64,000 bases of DNA from a virus, in IMG/VR virus record IMGVR_UViG_2788500526_000003, positions 488 through 64,487 of that record, one strand, 5' to 3'. Position 1 is the stretch's first letter; every line of letters begins with the position of its first letter. Below are positions 46,501-57,263 of this stretch, piece after piece. A model generated the notes under the pieces. That model worked only from the letters and a program-made list of their open reading frames with translations, had not been told where the DNA came from and made no database searches. The translations under genes and the position numbers were made by a program.

Positions 46501-49101
46501 ATGCCATTTTTAGCGCCTATCTTCACCGCTATCGGCGGAATCGTGTCGAGCGTGGCCGCATGGGCGGCAGCGAGCCCGATCCTTGCCGGAATCGCGCAGA
46601 CAGCCTTCGGCATTGCACTCAAATATGCCGTCAATGCGCTGTTTCCTCCAAAGACGCAAAGCCGCGCCTCCGAACTGGAAACCCAGTACGGCGCCAATAT
46701 CCCGCGTTCGGTCATTCTCGGTACCTGCGCGACTGAAGGTCACCACATCTATCGTAACAGCTATGGCAGTGGCGGGCGTCTGATACAGGACGTGTTTGTT
46801 CTGTCGAGCTTCCGCATTACGGCTGTTCCGCGTGTTCGCTACAATGGCGAATGGCGTTCGCTTATTGCGCAAGACGCTGACGGCTATTGGCTTGTGCCGA
46901 ACGAAGGCACGAGCGGTGACGATCACGATAACGTCCGCGTCAAGTTCTTCTATGGCACGATGGATCAGCAGGCAGAGCCGACGCTGATCAATAATGCCCG
47001 TCCTGCAGGTCGCTGGACTGCGAACCATCGCGGCGCAGGCGTTGCCTATGCCATCGTGTTTTCCGAGCTTCGCAAGAATGGCGATGGCCTGACCTCGCCT
47101 GCAAAGCTGCTGTTCGAAGTCGTCGGCGCGCCGCTCTATGACTGGCGCAAAGACACCACGATGGGCGGTGCGGGCGCGCATCGATGGGATGACCAGAGCA
47201 CCTGGGAATATTCCGATAACCCAGTTGTGCAGATTTACAACCTGGAGCGCGGGTTCTTCAACGGCACGCAGCGAATGGTCGGCAAGGCCGTCCGCGCAAG
47301 CCGCCTGCCATTGGCGGAATATACCCAGGCTGCGAACATCTGCGACGAAATCATGTCGGACGGTTCGAAGCGTTATCGTGCTCATGCGATTGCCAAGGAC
47401 GGCCCCGGCGCCAACCACGACGCTAATCTGACGCCGATCCTCGAAGCCGTGTGCGGTTCTTGGGTGGAGCGTGTCGACGGCGAATTCCCGATTGCAGGTG
47501 CTCCACAAGCCATCGTTGCAACCATCACCGACGCCGACATCAAACGGGGCGCACCACTTCGTTTTAGCGCGAAACGCAAGCGCACCGAGCTAATCAACAC
47601 GGTTGCGGCCTCTTACGTTTCGCCGGATGACTTCTATGAAACGAAGGACGCGGCAACCCGCATCGATGCCGGCGCATTGGCTGAAGACCGCGAAACGCTT
47701 GCTAGCGCCATTCCATATGCAGCCGTCACTGACGTGCGGCAGGTGGACAGGCTGGCAGACATCGCGATCCGTGGCGCGCGTTATCAGGCATCGGCAGAGA
47801 TTGTCGTCCATCCGAAATTCCTTGACACGATCAAGGAAGGCCGGTGGGTTCGCTGGAATAGCGCCAAGTATGGCGACCGCACGTATCAGGTTCTGACGCG
47901 CCAGCTTGGCGGGATCAATACCGATGGCGCTCGCGATATCTCCATTGCGCTGCAGCAGATCAGCAACGGCGTCTTCGACCCGACGGCATACGAAACCAAT
48001 CCGCCGAACATCATCGTTATTCCGCCGCCGCAATATTTGGCCGAGGTGCAGAATTTCTTCGCCATTCCCATTGTTGTCGTTGCAGATGGGCAAGGCGAGT
48101 TACCCGGTGTGCGGCTGATCTGGGATCCGATTGATGATATCTCGGTGGTCGGCGTCGATATCGAATATTGGCCAGCGAATGACCCGTCGCAGGTGTTTAC
48201 CAAGTTCGTGACTTGGGACGTGATCAACGTCCCAATAGTTGAAGGCCTGACCTCGCTGACTGACTGGTTTGTCCGGACCCGCTTGCGCGTTGACAATGGC
48301 CGTTCGGTCGCTTGGTCGACCGAAACGCCGTTCACGACACTTAAAGCGGCGGGCGATGATAGCCCGGTTGATTACGAGCGTCTTGACGGTGACGTTAAGG
48401 GTCTCATCAACTGGATGACCGATGACCGGCGTGAAGCGCTTCGTCAGGCACAGGAGAACGCAACCAAAACTGCCGACGGCATGCTTGCCGGTTATGCAGA
48501 TAGCCGGTCGCTGCGCCGCGAACTTGCCAGCACCTACGGCAAGGCAAAGGCTTCGTGGTCCGAAGACATCTATGTCGCGACGGGGCCGAATAGCGCCATC
48601 GTGCAGCAACTGACACAGTTGAACGCCGAGCTTGACGACAAGGCGGATGCCAGTGTGGTGACGCTTCTGTCTACGCGAGTGGATAATGTTGAAGGCCAGT
48701 ACACAGCCGTCGCGGATGCAATCACAGACGTAAATGCTTCTGTCGATGGCACGGTGGCAAACTCCGGTTGGCGCATGACATCGACGGTTGGCGGCGGTGG
48801 AACATCGGCCAGAATATCGGCTTACGCTCGCATCAACACCGGCGACACTTGGAAACAGGCAGGCTGGTTTATCAATGTCACCCCGACGGGCAGCCAGTTT
48901 ATCGTTGTGTCCAACCAGTTCGCTATTGCCGATCCCAATAACAATGGCAGCTTCACCTATCCGTTCGTTGTACAGAACGGACAGGTCTACATTCAAAACG
49001 CCCGTCTGGGCACCCTGTATTTCGACGTGCTTCAGTCCAACAATAACAAGATGATCATGCGCGGGTATGACAACTTCGCAGATTGGCGGATATTCACATG
49101 A
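46501..49101 (+). CDS. Central tail-tip/host-specificity protein
   Basis: About 866 aa; FnIII-like and coiled-coil segments; PFVVQNGQVYI C-terminus. Confidence 0.8.
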   Translation: MPFLAPIFTAIGGIVSSVAAWAAASPILAGIAQTAFGIALKYAVNALFPPKTQSRASELETQYGANIPRSVILGTCATEGHHIYRNSYGSGGRLIQDVFVLSSFRITAVPRVRYNGEWRSLIAQDADGYWLVPNEGTSGDDHDNVRVKFFYGTMDQQAEPTLINNARPAGRWTANHRGAGVAYAIVFSELRKNGDGLTSPAKLLFEVVGAPLYDWRKDTTMGGAGAHRWDDQSTWEYSDNPVVQIYNLERGFFNGTQRMVGKAVRASRLPLAEYTQAANICDEIMSDGSKRYRAHAIAKDGPGANHDANLTPILEAVCGSWVERVDGEFPIAGAPQAIVATITDADIKRGAPLRFSAKRKRTELINTVAASYVSPDDFYETKDAATRIDAGALAEDRETLASAIPYAAVTDVRQVDRLADIAIRGARYQASAEIVVHPKFLDTIKEGRWVRWNSAKYGDRTYQVLTRQLGGINTDGARDISIALQQISNGVFDPTAYETNPPNIIVIPPPQYLAEVQNFFAIPIVVVADGQGELPGVRLIWDPIDDISVVGVDIEYWPANDPSQVFTKFVTWDVINVPIVEGLTSLTDWFVRTRLRVDNGRSVAWSTETPFTTLKAAGDDSPVDYERLDGDVKGLINWMTDDRREALRQAQENATKTADGMLAGYADSRSLRRELASTYGKAKASWSEDIYVATGPNSAIVQQLTQLNAELDDKADASVVTLLSTRVDNVEGQYTAVADAITDVNASVDGTVANSGWRMTSTVGGGGTSARISAYARINTGDTWKQAGWFINVTPTGSQFIVVSNQFAIADPNNNGSFTYPFVVQNGQVYIQNARLGTLYFDVLQSNNNKMIMRGYDNFADWRIFT

Positions 49102-50660
49102 CCCAGACATTCATTGGCTACAAACCGGGCGTCGGCCCGGTTCTGAAGTGCCTGAAATATGACACGGACGATCCGCTGACGCTGGCAAACACGGCATACG
49201 ACAGGTACTTCTTCAATTCGGAGACACAAAACCTGTCTTATGTCTTTACAACGAACGCCTTTTATTATCGAGCTGCCGAAATCTCCGCGCTAGCAACTTC
49301 ATTCAGTATTTCGAATAATCTGGGCAACACGGTTATTACTGGCCGATATGGTGAGGCATCGACGTTTTATAACGTCACTACATACTACAAAATCGCAAGT
49401 GCCTATCCGAGTATAGGGTATGTTCCGCTGTCTGAATTCAGAATGGTTAATCTTTTGAATAACCGTGTTGAGTGCGGAAGCTTCTACAATAAGGTCTATG
49501 TAGCCGATGGCGGTCATAGAATTGTTGATGCACAACAATTCTATACGATCATGGGAAGGTGCACGGGGTATATTTCTAACGAAACGACGATGTCGACTGT
49601 TTATACAGGTCAGATTTCTAACACTGACAGCGGTCGTGTCGGCATCGGTGAATGGTTTGTTTGGGAAAGAAAGAACGTCTACAAGGATAATCGTGATCCT
49701 AATGCGTTCTTTCCTAACGTTTGGGACTTGCCAGCAGATAATAGCCCGATGCGGTCATATGGCTACGTCGCGGGCTTAGAAGGTTTTCGAGCAAATAGCA
49801 GCGAATTCATTCTGGCGCGTCCCGGCTTTGATGTGAATACCACCAATGAGTTTGGTACGATCATAAGTAGCCGTAACCGTTCCCCGGCGCTGTGCGTCAT
49901 GAATGGCGTGCGCAATTCCATTCCAGTGAATGGCTCTGTCACTATACCGGCACCCGCCGGTGTAATCCTCTCGCAACGCGCTGTTGCCGATGTGATGTTT
50001 CGAGTTTCTGGGCAGACATGGTGCGTCCCAGGGCTGCTATCCGATACGACAGAAGCCGGGAAGTTTGTTGTCAGCTACGAAATATCAAACAACGCCGTTA
50101 CCTTCCATAACTCTCATAAAGACGTCATCGATATCCGTTACGTAGTTTTCAACGTCGATGATTTCGGAACGTCAACGGGTGGCAATCAAGTGATGTTCCG
50201 TGGCAACGATGGGGTGCAGGATTTTGTTCAGATCAAGAAACCGGGTACTAGCGATCCAGCCAGCCGGCCGAATGATATCCTGTTCGACAGTCGCTTCCCG
50301 CAGTTCCAGATTATTGCTCAAGGGTTTATCCCCATTGGAAGCTTTTCGAACAGTTCGACTTTCGGATCAAAAACCTATCGGCTGAATTTCAATAATGCCG
50401 GCTTCGTGCCGTTTCTGAAATATTCGATAGTTTTCCCAAACTGTGTAACCACCCCACTGCTACGATATGAAGTCGGGACAGGCGGAGGCATGGCAAATAT
50501 CGCCATGCGCGCGCACGTTTCCGATACGTTTGTTGACTTCTTCTGTCAGCCCGATAGCGGGTGGTCAGACGCATATGCAGATGGAAGCAGCTGGAGAAAA
50601 GTAGACTATGGCGCACCGATGCAAGGTGTCCGGTACTACATTTTTGGCATCGCTCAATAG
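49098..50660 (+). CDS. Tail-associated structural protein (possible receptor binding)
   Basis: ATGA-coupled; beta-rich, lower GC. Confidence 0.6.
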   Translation: MTQTFIGYKPGVGPVLKCLKYDTDDPLTLANTAYDRYFFNSETQNLSYVFTTNAFYYRAAEISALATSFSISNNLGNTVITGRYGEASTFYNVTTYYKIASAYPSIGYVPLSEFRMVNLLNNRVECGSFYNKVYVADGGHRIVDAQQFYTIMGRCTGYISNETTMSTVYTGQISNTDSGRVGIGEWFVWERKNVYKDNRDPNAFFPNVWDLPADNSPMRSYGYVAGLEGFRANSSEFILARPGFDVNTTNEFGTIISSRNRSPALCVMNGVRNSIPVNGSVTIPAPAGVILSQRAVADVMFRVSGQTWCVPGLLSDTTEAGKFVVSYEISNNAVTFHNSHKDVIDIRYVVFNVDDFGTSTGGNQVMFRGNDGVQDFVQIKKPGTSDPASRPNDILFDSRFPQFQIIAQGFIPIGSFSNSSTFGSKTYRLNFNNAGFVPFLKYSIVFPNCVTTPLLRYEVGTGGGMANIAMRAHVSDTFVDFFCQPDSGWSDAYADGSSWRKVDYGAPMQGVRYYIFGIAQ

Positions 50661-50683
50661 CTGATTTTTCAGGAGAAAAAACT

Positions 50684-52117
50684 ATGGCCACTTTGTCCGA
50701 CTACACGTCGGGAACGATTTCGCTTGCCAATGGCTCAGCGACAGTTACCGGCACCGGCACGTTGTTCGAAGCGACGAAGTTCAAGGAAGGCGACACGCTC
50801 CAAATCCAGAACCTGACGGCTGTTATTGCTAGCGTCGATAGCGATACGCAGTTGACGCTCGCCGAACCTTGGACTGGTGCCGATATTGTCGACGGCCCGT
50901 ACCGTGCTCGACAGCTTGGCGACGGATCGCGTGTTTCAACACAGGCCGCAACGATCATAGAACTGCTCGGCAATGGTGTTTTGATCAATCTTGCTGAACT
51001 CGGCGTCGAGGAAGGGAAGGCCCCAGTTGGAGGGCCGACCGGGGAATATGAATTGCAGCCCGTTGTTTCTGATCCGAAAGGCAATCTCGCGTCCATTGCT
51101 GCCTTGACTATGGCCGCGCATCAGATTTTGCAGACTGACAATACGGGGAAGTTTGCCGCGCTAACACTTGCCGCCCGCCAAATCCTCCAAACTGACGCAA
51201 CGGGCGTGTTGAAGGCGGTTGCACTTGCGGCAAATAAATCGCTTGTCACAGATGCAAACGGCGATGTCGCGCCAATTGACCTCGGTACGTTGGGCCGCAC
51301 ATTACTTGCTCTCGCCGCTGGCACGAGCGCTCAGTACGTGCAGGGTGACGGGACGTTGCAGCCCAAAGCAGGATTGCCGATCGGTACAGACACTCAGTCT
51401 GCGCTTAATGGCAAGCTTAATACATCGGGCGGCCAAATGTCGGGGAATATCTTATTTCGCCGAGATGTGCCGACAATAGAAATGCGCGCCCCCGGTGGTA
51501 GTGTTGGATATGATGTGTACGCCAACGTTAGTAATACGGTGAATGGCGGGCTCAATATTCGCGATGCCGCGAGTAATTCAGTTTTTCTCACGATTGGTGG
51601 TTCTACGATTGGCGCATATCGTGTTCAAGTTACAGGTGGTTTAAATGTTACAGGTGCCGTCGCTAAAGGTTCTGGCACCTTTCTCATCGATCATCCGCTC
51701 GACCCGTTCAACAAGAACCTTCGCCATGGCTTCGTGGAAGCGCCTCGCTATGATCTGATCTATCGCGGAACGGTTCAACTCGTGAATGGTCGCGCCACGG
51801 TCGATGTTGACGCTGCCAGCAATATGACTTCCGGTACGTTTGCTGCCCTTACAACCAATGCGGTCGTTGCCAGCCTGCAAAATCAGGATGGCTTTGCGCG
51901 TCTGAAGCCGGGAACGATCAACGGCGGGTCTCTTGAAATCATCTGCGAGGACGAAACCTGCACCGATCTGGTCTCATGGGTCGTGATCGCAGAGCGCAAC
52001 GATCCATTCGTTAAGTCTGACCTCGATCCCAATACCGACAGCGATGGTCGCTTCATTCCCGAATTTGATAAGCCTGAGTATGTGAACGAACAAACAGAGG
52101 ATGCGAAAAATGTCTAA
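50684..52117 (+). CDS. Tail fibre protein
   Basis: AGGAG RBS; internal repeats LAARQILQTD; C-terminal FLIDHPLDP...YRG. Confidence 0.75.
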   Translation: MATLSDYTSGTISLANGSATVTGTGTLFEATKFKEGDTLQIQNLTAVIASVDSDTQLTLAEPWTGADIVDGPYRARQLGDGSRVSTQAATIIELLGNGVLINLAELGVEEGKAPVGGPTGEYELQPVVSDPKGNLASIAALTMAAHQILQTDNTGKFAALTLAARQILQTDATGVLKAVALAANKSLVTDANGDVAPIDLGTLGRTLLALAAGTSAQYVQGDGTLQPKAGLPIGTDTQSALNGKLNTSGGQMSGNILFRRDVPTIEMRAPGGSVGYDVYANVSNTVNGGLNIRDAASNSVFLTIGGSTIGAYRVQVTGGLNVTGAVAKGSGTFLIDHPLDPFNKNLRHGFVEAPRYDLIYRGTVQLVNGRATVDVDAASNMTSGTFAALTTNAVVASLQNQDGFARLKPGTINGGSLEIICEDETCTDLVSWVVIAERNDPFVKSDLDPNTDSDGRFIPEFDKPEYVNEQTEDAKNV

Positions 52118-52298
52118 GGCTATTTCAGTTATCGATTATGCAAAAATAGGAACTAAAGGCCGTCCCATACACTATGAAGCCCTGGGTATTTCCCCTCCTA
52201 TGAAGTTAATCACCATTGAAGACGAAGAACTGTCAACAGAGATGGCTCGGTTTATCTGAACAGTTTCGGGCGTTTCGTTAAGTGGATTTCCGCCTCGA

Positions 52299-53129
52299 TT
52301 ATGCCGCCACCATCATTGGTGCCAGCGCGTTGAAGTAAGCCTGATCCGGCGTCTGCCGGTCAAGGGATGAATGTGGGCGTCGGCTATTGTAAAAGGTCAG
52401 ATAGCGGCCGATGCCAGCGCGGGCCTCGGACACTGTTTTATAGGCATGGAGGTAGACTTCCTCGTATTTGATCGAACGCCAGAGCCGCTCGACGAACACA
52501 TTGTCCCGCCACGCACCCTTGCCATCCATTGAGATGGCGACTTCCGCCTTCTTCAGCACCGTCGTGAAGTCCACCGAGGTGAACTGCGATCCCTGGTCCG
52601 TATTGAATATGTCGGGTCTGCCATAACGGGCCAGCGCTTCCTCGACTGCTTCGATACAGAAGGCTGCTTCCATCGTGATCGATAGCCTCCATGACAGGAC
52701 CTTCCGGCTGAACCAGTCCACAACGGCGCAGAGATAGACGAAACCCCGCGCCATCGGAATATATGTCAGGTCCATCGCCCAGACCTGGTTGGGCCGGGTG
52801 ACCGCCAGCTTGCGCAGAAGATAGGGATAAATCTTGTGTCCTGGTGCTGGTTTGGAGGTGTTTGGGCGGCGATAGATCGCCTCGATGCCCATCTTCTTCA
52901 TCAGCGTGGCGACATGGAGTCGCCCGGTTTCCAGCCCATCTCCTCTCAAAAGCCCCTGTAACATTCGACTTCCCGCGAACGGATATTCGAGGTGCAATTC
53001 GTCGATCCGGCGCATTAGAGCCAGATCGATGTCGGACACTGGGCGCGGCGAATAGTAGACGCTGCCACGGCTAAGGCCGAGAAGCTTCGCCTGACACACA
53101 ACGGACAGCTTATGCTCGCGGTCGATCAT
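52299..53129 (-). CDS. IS3 transposase OrfB (DDE)
   Basis: WAMDLTY, NTDQGSQF, DNVFVERLWRSIKYE. Confidence 0.93.
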   Translation of the reverse strand: MIDREHKLSVVCQAKLLGLSRGSVYYSPRPVSDIDLALMRRIDELHLEYPFAGSRMLQGLLRGDGLETGRLHVATLMKKMGIEAIYRRPNTSKPAPGHKIYPYLLRKLAVTRPNQVWAMDLTYIPMARGFVYLCAVVDWFSRKVLSWRLSITMEAAFCIEAVEEALARYGRPDIFNTDQGSQFTSVDFTTVLKKAEVAISMDGKGAWRDNVFVERLWRSIKYEEVYLHAYKTVSEARAGIGRYLTFYNSRRPHSSLDRQTPDQAYFNALAPMMVAA

Positions 53130-53437
53130 TTCTTTCCGCCCAGCAATCCTGCCTTGCCGAGCGCAACGGACAAAAAATCGTTCTCCAACGTCAGTTCGCC
53201 GATCTTAGCGTGAAGCGTTTTCACATCGACGGTCGGCCCCGCCGGTTCCGCCTTCGCTTCATCACCGAAAACGCCCGTAGCTCCCTCAAGGAGTTGGTCT
53301 TTCCACTGCTTGATCTGATTGGCATGCACGTCGAACTGCTGGGACAGTTCCACCAGAGTCTGCTCTCCTCGGATCGCGGCGAGCGCCACTTTTGCCTTGA
53401 AAGCCGGGCTGTGGTTGCGGCGTGGTCGTCTCGTCAT
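53126..53437 (-). CDS. IS3 transposase OrfA (HTH)
   Basis: HSPAFKAKVAL...QQFDVHANQIKQW. Confidence 0.9.
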   Translation of the reverse strand: MTRRPRRNHSPAFKAKVALAAIRGEQTLVELSQQFDVHANQIKQWKDQLLEGATGVFGDEAKAEPAGPTVDVKTLHAKIGELTLENDFLSVALGKAGLLGGKK

Positions 53438-53559
53438 GGGTATCTCCTGTTCCCGGCATCTAAGCCGAACTCAGGCAGAAATTCCACTTATCCTAGCTGT
53501 GCAGATTTCCCGAGCCACCTCTCAACAAAAAAGTCAAAAGATGTAGAACCACCACGCAC

Positions 53560-54639
53560 TTAAGCAGTGGCAGCTTTTAGAGGAAATTTAACTGAGTGAG
53601 CTTTTCTCAGGATGGGTTGTTCTATGATGTACCATGAGATGGCTGTCAGTAGGAGAGATGCAAGGAAACATGCCATAAACATTAGTGTCTTTGGAAATAA
53701 AGACGTTCCGAAGAAATAACCAAACGCTGGATACCCACTATAAAGCAAAACTTTGATGACTGGATAATGCCAGAGATAAAAACCGTAAGAGATGCGCCCC
53801 AACCATCGTATTGGCGATATTTCCAAGATGCGCGTTAGAAAAGAGCCCTGAGCGGTAACGATTTTTGCGATGATAACAGCAGCAGCTAGGGCGGTGAACG
53901 TGAAGCCGATTCCGTGAGAAGCAAACGCAGATCCGGGTTTAGAGAATAGAATGTAAGTAAGGTAGATGGCAGCCGGAGCCCATAACGCTTTGCCTATCTT
54001 ATGTGCTGTCGATCTATCCGTTAGCGCTAACGCCGCTCCAATCAGTAGACCATCAGCATGAGTATCTAGCCCGGTGTAAACTCGCGCCGAGGAAGCGCCA
54101 TTCCAAATAAGAAGCGCCCGCCAGCTAATAAGAACAACTGTTATGAAAACGACCGCATAAAGTGGTCGAATCATCTGAAATCGCCAGATCATCAGGATTA
54201 TTATGGGCCAAACAATATAAAACTGTTCTTCAATCGCTAGAGACCATGTGTGACCGGTCAATGGCGCATCATAAATCCGAAATGCTCTGATCCAGTTCAT
54301 TACGTACAGCAGAGAGGGGAGCACCTCCCACTTCATATCGATGGGAGGACGAAACAATGCGATGTAAACTGTTACGCCGAGCAACATGAATAATAACGCT
54401 GGTAGAAGCCGTGCGGATCGTCGAAAATAAAATCTTATCAACGATATCGTGCGGGACGTATCACGCTCTTTGACCAGTATGGACGTGATTAAGAAGCCAC
54501 TTAGTACGAAGAATATATCAACGCCGATAAATCCACCATGCATCGGCACAAGACCGGTATGATGGGCGAACACAGTCATCACCGCGACTGTTCGTAAACC
54601 ATCAAGGCCATTAATCCGATGCGATCCCCCAACTGACAT
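53560..54639 (-). CDS. Acyltransferase-3 (OafA-like) membrane protein (moron)
   Basis: LDGLR, GVDIFFVLSGF, HTWSLAIEEQFY, SYGFYLWH. Confidence 0.9.
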   Translation of the reverse strand: MSVGGSHRINGLDGLRTVAVMTVFAHHTGLVPMHGGFIGVDIFFVLSGFLITSILVKERDTSRTISLIRFYFRRSARLLPALLFMLLGVTVYIALFRPPIDMKWEVLPSLLYVMNWIRAFRIYDAPLTGHTWSLAIEEQFYIVWPIIILMIWRFQMIRPLYAVVFITVVLISWRALLIWNGASSARVYTGLDTHADGLLIGAALALTDRSTAHKIGKALWAPAAIYLTYILFSKPGSAFASHGIGFTFTALAAAVIIAKIVTAQGSFLTRILEISPIRWLGRISYGFYLWHYPVIKVLLYSGYPAFGYFFGTSLFPKTLMFMACFLASLLLTAISWYIIEQPILRKAHSVKFPLKAATA

Positions 54640-54859
54640 CCGAATTCTTTCTTAAGAATAGAAGTTCTTACGGTATTCTCGTAATACGGAACGAATAGCA
54701 AGGACACATTAATCTGCCGCCCACTGAGGCGGCTTTCTCTTTGACAAAAAACCTCGGCGGGGGTGCTGCCGAGGTTACGCTGGAATGAAGCGGGGGCTCC
54801 AACAGCGCCATTCGATCATCTCACAAACTTGAAAAGATGCAATCGTTGAGACTCGGCAT

Positions 54860-55162
54860 TCACAGCGTCCAGCCGTAAGCTGCGAGAGCATATCCACCGA
54901 CGGCGCCGATCACAGACCATCCAATCATGCTGATACCCATAAAGCTGTGATACGTGTCAGCTGAAACCTTCTTGAAGACAGCAACTAGCAGTAGATTCGC
55001 AATCGCGCCTGCAATGAGGCCGATACCGTTCGCGACATATGCCGCTGGATGAATCGCCATGCTCTGCATGAAATACGGTCTCAATAGGATAGTCGCTCCG
55101 AGCATCCCTGCGATCAGAACGAAAACCGAAACCATTCCGAAACCGGACCATCTTACTAACAT
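54860..55162 (-). CDS. Three-TM membrane protein
   Basis: Hydrophobic 100 aa. Confidence 0.6.
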   Translation of the reverse strand: MLVRWSGFGMVSVFVLIAGMLGATILLRPYFMQSMAIHPAAYVANGIGLIAGAIANLLLVAVFKKVSADTYHSFMGISMIGWSVIGAVGGYALAAYGWTL

Positions 55163-55383
55163 TTGGCGAATTACCTTTGTCTTGGGGAATATCAGGCGCT
55201 AATGGCCCTAGCTCGTTCGTCGGGCAACCCACCGATGGCAAAATCCTCAAGAAAAACCCCGGAACGAGCCGGGGTCTATGTTCATTGTTTTCGTCTGGTG
55301 TCCCAGAAAAGCATTGATATGACCCAGAGCAGCGCAACGAGGATCGTGCCCTCAATTAGAAAGTACCAGTGCATGGTCCTACC

Positions 55384-55686
55384 TCATGCCTGAACGCGTC
55401 CGCCGCCATTGTTATGGGAAGTCATCCACGGCATAGCAGTCTCTGGTTTTTCGAGAATGTCGCGTTTTCGAGCGAAGCCTTCAAAGGCGTTTTGCGCCAC
55501 GATTAGCGGTTTCTGCCCGCTGTGAGCGTCACAACAGGCGCTCCATGCCACTTCATAGATGATGTCACGATCATCCTTCGGCCATTCATAAAGAAAATCG
55601 ATTGCGTCAATTGGGCCTGCAATCTCCCTTATCAGAAATTTTCCGTCCTTCACAAAAATTGGACTGTCAAACAAACGGTCGCTCAT
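55384..55686 (-). CDS. DUF982-like protein
   Basis: EIAGPIDAIDFLYEWP...AQNAFEGFA...IL. Confidence 0.72.
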   Translation of the reverse strand: MSDRLFDSPIFVKDGKFLIREIAGPIDAIDFLYEWPKDDRDIIYEVAWSACCDAHSGQKPLIVAQNAFEGFARKRDILEKPETAMPWMTSHNNGGGRVQA

Positions 55687-55793
55687 CGAAACCTCCATTT
55701 GATCGAACGAAGTGTGTTGGAATGACGGCTTCGATTTAGTGATCGCGTCGGCGGTTTCAAGAACCTCTTATCGTTACATTTCAGGGCATCTCC

Positions 55794-56657
55794 ATGAACA
55801 AAACAACGTTCTTCGCGTATGCGAGGCGCGCGCCTTTTGGCGGCCGTCTTTCGCAGGCGCAGGTCGACGGCACGTCGGCAATTCTGGCCGAAGCCGAACG
55901 CCGAGGCCTGCCAGACGAGCAGACGGCTTACGTGCTCGCAACGGCATTCCACGAGACCGGCGGCAAAATGCAGCCTATCGAAGAAAATCTCACCTACACC
56001 AATGCCGCACGCATCCGGCAGGTCTGGCCAAAAAGGTTCGCCTCGGTTGCTGCCGCCCAACCTTATGTGCGCAATCCGCAGGCCTTGGCTAACAAGGTCT
56101 ACGGCGGGCGCATAGGAAATACCGGCGCCGACGATGGCTGGCTATACCGCGGTCGCGGTTTGGCGATGATCACCGGACGCGACAATTACAAGAAATACGG
56201 CCTTGGCGATAACCCCGACGCCGCGCTGGAGGACGGCACGGCTGTCCGCATCCTGTTTGACGGGATGATCAACGGCAAGTTCACGGGCAAGAGGCTGGCC
56301 GACTACTTCGGCGCTGGCAAAGAAGACGCAGTGGGCGCCCGTGCCATCGTCAACGGCAGCGATAAGGCCAGCCTCATCGCCGGCTATTACCGCAACTTCC
56401 TCGATAGCCTTGTGGCAGCCCGTGAGATGAAGCCTGCCGTCGCCGAAGACGCCAAGCCAGACGATGTGCCGTTGCTGCAGGACAAGACCGTACAGACGAT
56501 TGTTGCAGGCACCGGCGGCACGCTTGTGACCGGCCTTATCGGCGCGGTTTCCAACCCTTGGGCATTTGCAACCGTAGCGCTCCTGCTGGTCGCAGCAGGT
56601 GCGGGGTTCTGGCTTTGGAAGAGCGGCCGGCTCGAACTGAAGAGGGTGGCGGCGTGA
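55794..56657 (+). CDS. Endolysin, GH19 type, with a C-terminal hydrophobic segment
   Basis: AYVLATAFHETG, YRGRGLAMITGRDNY. Confidence 0.88.
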   Translation: MNKTTFFAYARRAPFGGRLSQAQVDGTSAILAEAERRGLPDEQTAYVLATAFHETGGKMQPIEENLTYTNAARIRQVWPKRFASVAAAQPYVRNPQALANKVYGGRIGNTGADDGWLYRGRGLAMITGRDNYKKYGLGDNPDAALEDGTAVRILFDGMINGKFTGKRLADYFGAGKEDAVGARAIVNGSDKASLIAGYYRNFLDSLVAAREMKPAVAEDAKPDDVPLLQDKTVQTIVAGTGGTLVTGLIGAVSNPWAFATVALLLVAAGAGFWLWKSGRLELKRVAA

Positions 56658-56851
56658 GCAAGATGACGGTGGTGATCGAGTATGACGCCGACGCTGAAAC
56701 TGCGGTCGTTCAATACGTCGGCAAGAAGCAGGAATGGCGCGACGCCAAGCTGACCTTCGCTCAGGGAATTACTGAGACACGCGATGGCTATCTGATCCGC
56801 CGCGAACGCGACGGCAGTGCTTCCATTATGTTGACAGGGATTGCGACATGA
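56654..56851 (+). CDS. Hypothetical protein in the lysis cassette
   Basis: GTGA/ATGA coupling at both ends. Confidence 0.5.
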   Translation: MSKMTVVIEYDADAETAVVQYVGKKQEWRDAKLTFAQGITETRDGYLIRRERDGSASIMLTGIAT

Positions 56852-57084
56852 CCTGGCTGGCAACAATAAAAGCGCGCCTTGCTAGCTGGGCCGTGGCAAT
56901 CGCTGCGGCCCTTGCGATTCTGGCGGGTGCTTACCTCAAGGGAAGGGCGGACAACGCCACAAGCGCAACCGCCGACCGGTTGAAAGCCGCCAATAAAGCA
57001 AGGAAGATCGAAGATGAAACCAGCAAGCTTGGCGGCGATGATGTTGACGCTGCTCTGTCTCGGTGGATGCGTGACAGCCGGTAG
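56848..57084 (+). CDS. Putative i-spanin (Rz-like)
   Basis: N-terminal TM then a helical periplasmic segment. Confidence 0.6.
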   Translation: MTWLATIKARLASWAVAIAAALAILAGAYLKGRADNATSATADRLKAANKARKIEDETSKLGGDDVDAALSRWMRDSR

Positions 57085-57205
57085 CTACTGCGACGTAGCG
57101 CGGCCTGTCCGCCCGAGCATTGAGGACAGCCTGACCGACGGCACAAGGCGCCAGATCCTCGCGGAGAACACTAAACTGGAAAAGCTGTGCGGGGTGCGAC
57201 CGTGA
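57038..57205 (+). CDS. Putative o-spanin lipoprotein (Rz1-like)
   Basis: Overlapping frame; lipobox LGGC. Confidence 0.6.
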   Translation: MMLTLLCLGGCVTAGSYCDVARPVRPSIEDSLTDGTRRQILAENTKLEKLCGVRP

Positions 57206-57263
57206 GGGAGCAACTGTGGCTGGCCTGCCTTTGGCTGGGTGTGGCAGCAAGGGGGATTATTGG

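Larger units (their letters stand above)
52238..53522 (-). mobile_element. IS3-family insertion sequence (1285 bp)
   Basis: 26-bp imperfect IRs (52238-52263, 53497-53522); 4-bp CAAC duplication; orfA and orfB. Confidence 0.9.
52110..53563 (+). pseudogene. 54-aa gene split by the IS3 insertion
   Basis: Removing the IS and one CAAC rejoins MSKAISVID...EELST-KKSKDVEPPRT* in frame. Confidence 0.65.

Noticed and set aside
54665-54679. Possible LexA box GTTC-N7-ATTC upstream of the acyltransferase
   Set aside because: One mismatch in an AT-rich region; not distinguishable from chance.
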